IMG/VR virus record: IMGVR_UViG_3300034151_000114
Coordinates: 7,634-71,633 of that record
Length of the DNA stretch: 64,000 nt
Direction: 5' to 3' (one strand)
Source of the DNA: a virus
Taxonomy: Duplodnaviria > Caudoviricetes
Position numbers and translations under genes: made by a program. Below are positions 26,395 through 33,754 of this stretch, in pieces. How positions within the stretch are numbered: position 1 is the first letter of the stretch; each line of letters opens with the position of its first letter. A model generated the notes under the pieces. The model ran no database searches, was not told the origin of the DNA, and was given only the letters and a program-made list of their open reading frames with translations.

Positions 26395-26443
26395 CTCGCC
26401 GACGACCAGGCCCGGGACCTTCGGTCCCGACGCCTCGCGCCGG

Positions 26444-26535
26444 TCGACGCCGGTCGACGCCGCTCGACGCCGCTCGACGCCGTGGCGCTCGACGCCGTGG
26501 TCGACGCCGTGCGCCCCGTGCGCCCCGTGCGCTCC
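26444..26535 (+). repeat. iteron-like short tandem repeats
   Basis: Six TCGACGCCG copies (four at 10-bp period) followed by three GTGCGC(C/T)CC copies at 9-bp period. Confidence 0.85.
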
Positions 26536-26638
26536 TCGCACCCCTCACCCTGTCAGCGGATCGGGACCCCGTGACATCCGTTGCGCGCGCAAGGTTCGTC
26601 ACGGTCCCTAGGTCCGGCCGAGGTCGGGACCTTCTCCC

Positions 26639-26668
26639 TTGACCTAGACACCTGTCTAGGCGCACTCT
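26639..26668 (+). promoter_or_regulatory. putative rightward promoter with a TAGACA-CC-TGTCTA palindrome
   Basis: TTGACC at 26639, 8-bp inverted repeat cctagaca/tgtctagg, and CACTCT 18 nt after the -35. Confidence 0.5.
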
Positions 26669-26707
26669 TGACCTGAGGGGGCCGACCGGTCCCCCGGAAA
26701 GGCAACG

Positions 26708-27979
26708 ATGGCAGAACAGGCAAGGTCGGAGAGAGAGCGCTTGGCGCGCATGGTCGCGCTCGACGATCCCACGACTCCGGCAGAGCAGACGAAGAGCGAG
26801 CACATGCGCTCGACCTCCTCCCGCGTCGGGTCCCTGGCACGGTCCCGCGGAATCGGTCGGTCCTGGTCGACGGACCTCGGCCGGACGATGCAGTCCCCTC
26901 TGACGTCGACCTACGTCGACGCTACGGGGTTCACGTCGGACCACCAGGGCGAAGCGCTCGGCCGGGCGGTCGACTACACCCGACCGAGTGGCGCAACCAA
27001 GACAGTGGGACTCTCGGCCGAGAGGGAAGCTGCCGGACACGTCCCCACGATTCCGACTCGGTCGCGCAAGGGCCGTACTAGCTTCCGTACAGCGGGCAGG
27101 ACGAGGGTCCAGCCGCGGCCGGTCACCAGTGAACGGTCCGGTCTCGACGGACTGGACGCCCTGGCACTGATCGATCTGGCGGACGCCATGCTCCGACGCT
27201 CCGACACTCACGATGGGTTCTACCGTGACCGGATCTCAGGGTCCGGCCGTACGGGGTACCTGATCGGTACCGAAGCGCGACCGATGGCGTGGGCACAGCT
27301 CACGCCATCCCTGGACGTCACGACCAGGACCGGTGCCAAGCGCATCCGGGACCGGTACTACGTCTCCGGCATCCGGCCGACGGTCGAGGGGATCGCCCAA
27401 CACACGGCGGACGTCGCGGGGTACCTCGGTCACACGTCGGCCCTGGACATGTTGCGTGCACTGGACACGAAGCGCGACTACGTCCACGACGTCAAGCGCC
27501 GCCCGATCAGGATGCGAGTGCACGGCCGGGTCAGGAACGCCGAGCGCGAGGGATGGGAGACTCTGGCGCTCATCCCCCAACAGGCGACGCAGTACGTCCG
27601 TCGGCACCGTGCGACGAAGCATGGTTACGGCGCCCTCGTGCCAGCAGGGCCGACCGAGTGCCTCGGCTGGCACGTGGATTCTGGCAAGGTCTGGCATGGT
27701 CACCGTCTCGTCACCAGGACGCCCGTCAAGCGGTCGACCGGACGTACGGCCGTGGTCTCCATGGCGCATGCGGACCGGTCGAAGTACGCGGACCTCGGTA
27801 GCGACATCGCTAGCGGTCTCGCTGAGGGCCGGACCACTTTCGACACCCCCCGCGGGGTGCTCACCGTGACGAAGGGCCAGAGCGGGCGGCACTCTTGCAC
27901 GCTCGTCGTGGGTGGCAAGGTTGCGGCCCGTTGGCAGGCACGGGCGGTGGGTGCGATCGCCGCACGTTGCGCCGCGTAG
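26708..27979 (+). CDS. orphan 423-aa basic protein, stand-alone transcription unit
   Basis: Long ORF with SD-like aaagg, flanked by non-coding DNA and followed by a terminator. Confidence 0.7.
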   Translation: MAEQARSERERLARMVALDDPTTPAEQTKSEHMRSTSSRVGSLARSRGIGRSWSTDLGRTMQSPLTSTYVDATGFTSDHQGEALGRAVDYTRPSGATKTVGLSAEREAAGHVPTIPTRSRKGRTSFRTAGRTRVQPRPVTSERSGLDGLDALALIDLADAMLRRSDTHDGFYRDRISGSGRTGYLIGTEARPMAWAQLTPSLDVTTRTGAKRIRDRYYVSGIRPTVEGIAQHTADVAGYLGHTSALDMLRALDTKRDYVHDVKRRPIRMRVHGRVRNAEREGWETLALIPQQATQYVRRHRATKHGYGALVPAGPTECLGWHVDSGKVWHGHRLVTRTPVKRSTGRTAVVSMAHADRSKYADLGSDIASGLAEGRTTFDTPRGVLTVTKGQSGRHSCTLVVGGKVAARWQARAVGAIAARCAA

Positions 27980-27990
27980 TTCACGCCTAG

Positions 27991-28027
27991 CAAGGTCCCC
28001 CGGTCTCAAGTAGGCCGGGGGACCTTG
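27991..28027 (+). terminator. strong hairpin terminator
   Basis: caaggtcccccgg...ccgggggaccttg, a 13-bp perfect inverted repeat. Confidence 0.75.
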
Positions 28028-28410
28028 CGCGTCCGGGGCCAGATGGCCGCCAGATCGTCCACGTTGCGCCCAGTGCTCCGCCCGGCAGGTGAGCGCTAGG
28101 AGCACCCCGCACGACCGGCGGAGCCCGTTAGGGAGCTACTGAGACACCGCTAGGCGACACTGTCCACGGATGCCAGACACCAGACGCCGGACGCTTGAAA
28201 GCGCGTGCGCCAGCTCGACCGTTCACAAGCGCACAATCTGATCTCAGACTGAATCCGTCCTGGTCAGGGATTCCGGCGGGGCACGTCCCGGAACCTGGGA
28301 GCCACCCTCTGAGATATCACATTGATGGCGACCTGAGAACTCTGTGAGGGGCCCTCCGGCCCCGAAATAGCTGTTGCGGTATGCGCTAAGTACGTGATAC
28401 CGTATCGGAT

Positions 28411-28782
28411 ATGCCACGACCGAGAACGCGGGGCCCGAACGTCCAGTTCCGGCTCCCGCTCCACCTCCACGAGGTCCTCGTCCAGCGCTCCGAGGCTCGC
28501 GGCGAGACCCCTTCGGAATACGTCGAGCGGAACGTCGTCAGAGCGCTCCTCGACGAGCACAAGGACCTCGTCGCTGGCAAGCTCTCGGGGGCGGGTGAAT
28601 CGACACCGCCTGACGAGGCGAGCGACGCCCGTGTGTCTAGCCGGACGTCGACGCCCCCGGGACATCTCGAACCTGGTGCCTGCGCCCACGCATCGACCCG
28701 CTTCGACGACGCTGCGGGGGCCAGGGTGTGCAAGCGCTGCGGAGCCCATCTCCGCCCCGACGGAACCTGGAGGGTCCCGTGA
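28411..28782 (+). CDS. ribbon-helix-helix-like DNA-binding protein with C-terminal zinc ribbon (leaderless start)
   Basis: NVQFRLPLHLHEVLVQRSEARGETPSEYVERNV. TGA-TACCGT lies 7 nt before ATG. Confidence 0.7.
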   Translation: MPRPRTRGPNVQFRLPLHLHEVLVQRSEARGETPSEYVERNVVRALLDEHKDLVAGKLSGAGESTPPDEASDARVSSRTSTPPGHLEPGACAHASTRFDDAAGARVCKRCGAHLRPDGTWRVP

Positions 28783-29009
28783 CTGAGCCCCGACCGTTCT
28801 CCGAGCTGCGCGACACCGGGCTGCTGTGGCTGATCAACACGACCGTCTTCCATCCCCGCGGCTACGCCCTCGCCGTCCACTACGCCGACGGCACCGACTC
28901 CGAGATGATCGGATGGTCGCTGGTGGGTGACGGGACCGAGGTGTGGGCCTTCGGCACCGACGCCGACATCGACTCCTGTTTCCGGGCCGTCAAAGAGGTG
29001 ATGCCGTGA
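28779..29009 (+). CDS. conserved phage hypothetical protein
   Basis: ELRDTGLLWLIN.TVFHPRGYALA...GW.L.GDG.E.WAF. Confidence 0.75.
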   Translation: MTEPRPFSELRDTGLLWLINTTVFHPRGYALAVHYADGTDSEMIGWSLVGDGTEVWAFGTDADIDSCFRAVKEVMP

Positions 29010-29158
29010 ACCTCACCGAGCTGATCGACCGGATCGCCGACCTGCCCGACAAGTCTCTCGACACGCCGGTCCTGATATGGACCTCTGACTGGCAGACCGT
29101 CCGGTCCGTCGTCTTCGACGAGAACCGGGTGATCCTGCACCTGGAGAAGTTCGAGTGA
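29006..29158 (+). CDS. hypothetical protein
   Basis: GTGA coupling. Confidence 0.55.
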   Translation: MNLTELIDRIADLPDKSLDTPVLIWTSDWQTVRSVVFDENRVILHLEKFE

Positions 29159-29409
29159 GCATGGAGCAACAACATATGAGCGGACAGATCTGGATCGACC
29201 GCTGGCTGTCGGGAGGGACACCCGAGTCCCGGTTCAACGTCCCGGTGCGGGCCCGAACCGCATGCCCGGGGTTCCACTGGATCGGGCAGACCTGGGAGCA
29301 CTGCGACGAGTGCGGTCGTCCGTGGCACGAGCACGAGGGCATGCTCCGGCCCAAGCCGGGCTCCGGCATCTTCGACAACGAGTGGGAGGTGGTCCCGTGG
29401 GGGGCGTGA
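29155..29409 (+). CDS. hypothetical protein
   Basis: CPGF.WIGQ...CDECG.P.WEH. Confidence 0.6.
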   Translation: MSMEQQHMSGQIWIDRWLSGGTPESRFNVPVRARTACPGFHWIGQTWEHCDECGRPWHEHEGMLRPKPGSGIFDNEWEVVPWGA

Positions 29410-29807
29410 AACGGCTCCTCGCCGGTGCCGCCCTCGCCGCCGCTGTCACCTTCGGCCCGTCAATCGTCAACGCCGAATCGCTGCCGCCGGTCGCCAACGA
29501 CTGTCACGGCAACTACTACCTACAGGACGGCGGCGAGTACGACCGGGTGACCACCGCCTGCCGTGACCTGCAAGCACCGGCGCCCGGGTTCATGCAACGG
29601 GCGTGCGCCTGGCTGGCCGGACCGCCTACCGGCACGATGCAATGGGCGTGCGGCAACTGGGTGGACTGCAACTGGCTGCCCACCACCCCGAACAAGCGGC
29701 TGTCGACCGTGTCATGGCTGGTCACCTCGTCGAGCAAGTGGGCGTGGACCGTCGATTCCTGGTTGAAGGTTCAGGTTGCCACCGACACGAAAGACCCGGG
29801 CTGCTGA
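29406..29807 (+). CDS. secreted Cys-rich protein
   Basis: Signal peptide MKRLLAGAALAAAVTFGPSIVNA. Six Cys in the mature part. Confidence 0.7.
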   Translation: MKRLLAGAALAAAVTFGPSIVNAESLPPVANDCHGNYYLQDGGEYDRVTTACRDLQAPAPGFMQRACAWLAGPPTGTMQWACGNWVDCNWLPTTPNKRLSTVSWLVTSSSKWAWTVDSWLKVQVATDTKDPGC

Positions 29808-30022
29808 TGGACGAGCGGACCGTGCTCGACGTGCTCGAGATGGTGGCCGCGGCGCAACTGCTGAAGCATTGCGACGTCGATCCGGGCATGCCGTTCGACC
29901 AGTTCACCCGGTGGCTGCGCTACGGCCAGAAGGCCGACGAGATCAAACCACTTTCCGGCTACCACGACGACATCAAGAAGGGCTGGGACGCCTGCCGGGA
30001 TGCGATTCGAGGTGGCGGCTGA
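29807..30022 (+). CDS. hypothetical protein
   Basis: TGATG coupling. Confidence 0.6.
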   Translation: MDERTVLDVLEMVAAAQLLKHCDVDPGMPFDQFTRWLRYGQKADEIKPLSGYHDDIKKGWDACRDAIRGGG

Positions 30023-30423
30023 TGCGCTGGCTCGTGGTCGTCGCCATCACTGTCGCCGTCGGCGTGCAAATCGCCCTGGCCGCCATGTGGGGGTGGCTGT
30101 GCCGCTCCCCCCGTGGCGTACGGGCCGATGAAGACGCCGACGCCGTGTTCAAACAGGCCGTCTATCAACAGTGGTCACGACACCACTACTGCCCGGACTG
30201 TGGCAACGCCGTCTGCGTCTGCGACACCCGCACCGTGCTCACCCCTGAAGCGCAGGCAGCGCTCGACGCCCTCATCGAGTGGGCCGGAGAAGGACCGAAC
30301 CTGCCGGTGTCGTCCCGTGACATCGTCCTCGCCCACTACGCCGACATCTACCGGTGCTCGCTCAAAGAGCAGGATGCGGATGAACGAGAACCTGGTCGCC
30401 ATCCGCCAGGCGCTCTGCGATGA
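30022..30423 (+). CDS. membrane-anchored hypothetical protein
   Basis: N-terminal transmembrane segment and CPDCG. Confidence 0.55.
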   Translation: MRWLVVVAITVAVGVQIALAAMWGWLCRSPRGVRADEDADAVFKQAVYQQWSRHHYCPDCGNAVCVCDTRTVLTPEAQAALDALIEWAGEGPNLPVSSRDIVLAHYADIYRCSLKEQDADEREPGRHPPGALR

Positions 30424-31058
30424 GCCTGACCCAACCCCCTCCGCTGCACCCGGCCGAGTTCAGCCCCGAGGTGCTCGACGTGTTCGAGCGGGTCCTCGCT
30501 GGCGTGAGCCACGTGCACGATCCGTGGGCCGGGAGAGGGGTGCGGCTCGGCTCGTTGTGCGACCGCCTCGGGGTCGCCTTCACCGGGACCGACATCGAGC
30601 GCTACAAAGACATGGACCCCCGGGTCGGTCTCGGGGACTCCTCGAAGTGGTGGTCCTACCCGTCGGGCAACTTCACGGTGGTGACCTCGCCCGTGTACCT
30701 GAACCGGATCTCCACCGACTACGTGAACGGCCCGTTGCCGACCACCAAGGTGGAGGGGAGACGGGCCTACGGGATCAGCCTGGGGAGAGCCCTGGATCGC
30801 GAGAACCTGGCCCGCACCTGTCGGAGCGAAGGTGACTACTACTGGGCCCACGGCAACGCCGTGCAGTGGTGGAGGTACCAGGCGATCGTGAACGTGGACC
30901 TGCCGATGCTGATCGGCTGGCGCAAGCTGTTGACCGAGAGCGGGTTCCGGATCAGCGACGAGATCTGCGTGGAGACCCGCCGCTACAGAGGGCCAGCGAA
31001 CTCGGACAAGCGGGCCCCGTGCGAAGTCGTGATCGTCGCCAAGCGACCACCGATGTGA
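30420..31058 (+). CDS. solitary SAM-dependent (probably DNA amino-) methyltransferase
   Basis: Motif I HDPWAGRG, GTDIE, and motif IV-like VTSPVY. Confidence 0.7.
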   Translation: MSLTQPPPLHPAEFSPEVLDVFERVLAGVSHVHDPWAGRGVRLGSLCDRLGVAFTGTDIERYKDMDPRVGLGDSSKWWSYPSGNFTVVTSPVYLNRISTDYVNGPLPTTKVEGRRAYGISLGRALDRENLARTCRSEGDYYWAHGNAVQWWRYQAIVNVDLPMLIGWRKLLTESGFRISDEICVETRRYRGPANSDKRAPCEVVIVAKRPPM

Positions 31059-31070
31059 TATCTTGGTCTC

Positions 31071-31358
31071 ATGCCAGCAGAGAATCTCCAGACGTCCGAT
31101 GAGGCGCAGATGACCGTCGCAGCGCAGTCCGAGACGGACCCGTTGCTCACCCGCACGGGCGCCCTCAGCAACCTCAAGGGGACGCCCCTGGCGGACCTGC
31201 GCGAGACCCTGCTCGAACGCCAGGCCGACATCGACATGCACATCGAGGGGTACCGCAAGCTGCGGGCCGAGGCCAACGACAAGATCCGCGAGCTGCAGGC
31301 CGAGAAGGCGCAGAACGCCCGGCTCCTCAACGCCTTCAAGAGCCGCACCCGCAAGTGA
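31071..31358 (+). CDS. coiled-coil protein (leaderless start)
   Basis: TGA-TATCTT lies 6 nt before ATG. Confidence 0.7.
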   Translation: MPAENLQTSDEAQMTVAAQSETDPLLTRTGALSNLKGTPLADLRETLLERQADIDMHIEGYRKLRAEANDKIRELQAEKAQNARLLNAFKSRTRK

Positions 31359-31410
31359 CCGTCCCCGAGGATCGGGCGCTGGTAGCACTCGACGGTGCGG
31401 ACGACGGCGC

Positions 31411-31677
31411 TCACTCGGCCACCTGGCGCACGGCCGCCTCGATGGCGGCGAAGATGGTCGGGCCCCCGAACTGCGCAGTGCTGCCCTGGTTCCAGAAGGT
31501 GACAAGATACGAGGGGCCCTCGGCGACCCACATGGCGTCGAAGAGTTCGTGGCCCTGGCTCAGCAACCACGCCAGCAGGTCGTCGACGTCGTACCCGCAT
31601 CCAGCGAACGGGATGCCTTCCTTGTCGAGGTACTGCTTCGACCACCCGATGATCTCGGCAACGCTGCGTTCGTTCAT
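31411..31677 (-). CDS. hypothetical protein
   Basis: GC3-rich ORF at the end of the leftward mini-gene operon. Confidence 0.55.
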   Translation of the reverse strand: MNERSVAEIIGWSKQYLDKEGIPFAGCGYDVDDLLAWLLSQGHELFDAMWVAEGPSYLVTFWNQGSTAQFGGPTIFAAIEAAVRQVAE

Positions 31678-31742
31678 GCCGCCATCAGGTGTCCTCGTCG
31701 ACGAACTCGGTCATCAACGCTTCCCGTGCTCGCCGCCGGGCG

Positions 31743-31856
31743 CTACTCATGGTGATGCCCTTTCCGATCGTCGAGCCATTTGGCGTTTGAGTCCCGGATC
31801 CAGAAGCCGAGGGCGAGCCCGGCGACGATCATCAGCGACGGGATGAGATACCTCAC
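31743..31856 (-). CDS. 37-aa transmembrane peptide
   Basis: MRYLIPSLMIVAGLALGFWIRDSNAK... Confidence 0.45.
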   Translation of the reverse strand: MRYLIPSLMIVAGLALGFWIRDSNAKWLDDRKGHHHE

Positions 31857-31916
31857 GGCTCGCCTTTGCGATATCCCGCCGGGGCAGAAGAGGGAGGACC
31901 TCCCCGTCGGGTCAGG

Positions 31917-32150
31917 TCAGACGGCATGACGGACCACCAGTTCTCGCCCATCGTGGAGGATGATGTTGCCGTCGCAGCGGCCATGCCCACAGCATGACGA
32001 TGCGGTGAGAACGCCCGCGGTGTTGAGTGCGTCCACGATGAGAGCTAGACATCGATCGACCGACTTGCTGGCCCATCGCATCTCACCCGTGTAGGAGAGA
32101 TTCGCTGGGATGGGGACGGCCAGGATCACTGTGTCACCGTCGTCACACAT
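31917..32150 (-). CDS. SCCGH-motif protein
   Basis: VDRCLALIVDALN.AGVLT.SSCCGHG. Confidence 0.7.
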   Translation of the reverse strand: MCDDGDTVILAVPIPANLSYTGEMRWASKSVDRCLALIVDALNTAGVLTASSCCGHGRCDGNIILHDGRELVVRHAV

Positions 32151-32370
32151 CTAGGGCCGTCCGCTGTGTAGGGTCGGGGTTCTTACCGGTTTCGGGGGTG
32201 TGCTCTCGGACCTGGGGCGTGTCCCGGTCGATTGGCCGGGACACGTTCGCGTCGGACGTGTCGCCTCCATGCCAGTGCCCGCAACATTTGTGATAGTGGC
32301 GGCGATCCAGTCCGCAACCGTGCAGATGGTCGCAGCAAGGATCGTTCAGCGGTTCGGTCAGGTCACTCAT
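32143..32370 (-). CDS. Cys/His-rich mini-protein starting with the junction module
   Basis: MSDLTEPLNDPCCDHLHGCG... Confidence 0.55.
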   Translation of the reverse strand: MSDLTEPLNDPCCDHLHGCGLDRRHYHKCCGHWHGGDTSDANVSRPIDRDTPQVREHTPETGKNPDPTQRTALDV

Positions 32371-32480
32371 CGCTCGATCCGCTCCAACCTGCCACCACAG
32401 TTCTCGCACGGCTTGTCGGCGACCTCAGCTAGCGGGAACACCCATCCGCAGTCGGAGCACACCCACTCGGAATCACTCAC
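32367..32480 (-). CDS. 37-aa rubredoxin-like zinc ribbon
   Basis: MSDSEWVCSDCGW...KPCENCGGRLERIER, coupled on both sides. Confidence 0.6.
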   Translation of the reverse strand: MSDSEWVCSDCGWVFPLAEVADKPCENCGGRLERIER

Positions 32481-32647
32481 GGCGACCCCCACGGTTGGTC
32501 GTCCCAGTGCCGGTGTGCCCCTTCGGGGTTGGTCCAGTCATCGGCACCGCACAGTCCGGCGCAATGTTCGAGGCAGTCGCGTTCGCAGTCGTAGGCGAGG
32601 AATCGACCGGTCACGGGATGGCGTGCCGGTTCGGTCGGGTCACTCAT
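32477..32647 (-). CDS. 56-aa Cys-containing mini-protein with the junction module
   Basis: MSDPTEPARHP...CERDCLEHCAGLCG. Confidence 0.55.
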   Translation of the reverse strand: MSDPTEPARHPVTGRFLAYDCERDCLEHCAGLCGADDWTNPEGAHRHWDDQPWGSP

Positions 32648-32819
32648 CGCTGGCTTCTTCGGCATGGTCGTGCCACCCCCGGTGGAGCGCGACCGCGTCG
32701 AACGAATCGCGAGGATCGATCAGGATTGCGCCCCCACACGTTCGGCAGGTGACGAATCCCACCCGCGCTCCGAGCAGGTTCACGAAATCGTTCAGCGGTT
32801 CGATGCGGTTCTCAGGCAT
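32640..32819 (-). CDS. 59-aa CxxC mini-protein with the junction module
   Basis: MPENRIEPLNDF...TCRTCGGAIL...ALHRGWH. Confidence 0.6.
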   Translation of the reverse strand: MPENRIEPLNDFVNLLGARVGFVTCRTCGGAILIDPRDSFDAVALHRGWHDHAEEASDE

Positions 32820-33315
32820 GGACGATTCTCTCGATCCCCGCTCCGCTGATGAGCACCGCGCACCCGTGGCACGGTTCGCCCGTCACGTAGATGGTGCGAC
32901 CCCGCGTTTCCCTTCCGGCCCGCATGATCGCGTTCGCTTCGGCGTGGATCGCATCGCACCGACCGCGACCCTCGCTGTACGGCGCACACGACGGAAGCTC
33001 CGCCTTCGTGAGCAGACCACGCGGGCAGTCCCCGTCGAGGCATGACCCGGCCTTCGAGGCGAGTCCGTTGTAGCCGAGCGAGATGATGTCCTTCGTCGCC
33101 TCATCGAAGATGAGCGCGGCGTGCCGGGACCGGCGACAGTCGGCGCGGCAGTCGGCCAACAGTCGGCACATGGCGAGCAGGGTGTCATCCCACGACTTCC
33201 GTCCGCGATTGAACAGCGGTTCGATTCGCTCACTCGCCCATCCGCAGTTTCGGCATCGTCCGTTCTCGATGCGCCCGACCATCGTGCAGCGCGGACACTT
33301 CGCCGGGGAAGTCAT
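32812..33315 (-). CDS. dCMP deaminase with a fused N-terminal zinc ribbon
   Basis: I.S.GYNG, HAEANAI, YVTGEPCHGCA.LI..AGI.RIV. N-terminus CPRC...CRNC. Confidence 0.92.
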   Translation of the reverse strand: MTSPAKCPRCTMVGRIENGRCRNCGWASERIEPLFNRGRKSWDDTLLAMCRLLADCRADCRRSRHAALIFDEATKDIISLGYNGLASKAGSCLDGDCPRGLLTKAELPSCAPYSEGRGRCDAIHAEANAIMRAGRETRGRTIYVTGEPCHGCAVLISGAGIERIVHA

Positions 33316-33428
33316 CGCAGGATCAATCCGGCAGCGAGGATCACGAAGTAGGCAACGACCGCCCACTTGGGCGGGAAGGCGTCACGCAGGCGGGAATTGA
33401 ACAGCGGTTCGATTGGTTCACTCGGCAT
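33312..33428 (-). CDS. 38-aa transmembrane mini-protein with the junction module
   Basis: MPSEPIEPLFNSRLRDAFPPKWAVVAYFVILAAGLILR. Confidence 0.55.
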   Translation of the reverse strand: MPSEPIEPLFNSRLRDAFPPKWAVVAYFVILAAGLILR

Positions 33429-33585
33429 ACGGGTCGCCAGCCTCTCGCCGTAGCTCGGACCACCACGGTTCCCACTGGCCGCGGTAGTACCAGCGCCCGT
33501 AGCACGCGCCGCGGTTCGAGCACAACGCTTCGCCGGGGTGTCGGCAGACGGAACAGATCATCGGTTCGGTCCGCTCACTCGGCAT
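33418..33585 (-). CDS. 55-aa Cys-rich mini-protein with the junction module
   Basis: MPSERTEPMICSVCRHPGEALCSNRGACYG... Confidence 0.55.
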   Translation of the reverse strand: MPSERTEPMICSVCRHPGEALCSNRGACYGRWYYRGQWEPWWSELRREAGDPYAE

Positions 33586-33754
33586 GGTCTTGTCCGTACG
33601 CGACGAGGTCGTCCACGATCCCCCACAAGGTCGCTGCTTCGGGGAGTTCGAGGTCTGCTAATCGTTGCGCGACGGCATCGACGCGGTAGGCGATGGCCCC
33701 GAGTGGAGTCACGGTCTCGGGTGCGTTGACCAGCGGTTCAGATTCAGATGACAT
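33575..33754 (-). CDS. 59-aa mini-protein with the junction module
   Basis: MSSESEPLVNAPETVTPLGAIAYRVDAVAQRL... Confidence 0.55.
   Translation of the reverse strand: MSSESEPLVNAPETVTPLGAIAYRVDAVAQRLADLELPEAATLWGIVDDLVAYGQDHAE

Noticed and set aside
26444-26535. Mini-CRISPR array
   Set aside because: Units are 9-10 bp and adjacent, with no spacer-length intervals.
28030-28390. tRNA or known structured RNA in the non-coding gap
   Set aside because: I could not recognise a cloverleaf, a T-loop GTTCRA in proper context, or a riboswitch. Infernal/tRNAscan would be needed to exclude them fully.
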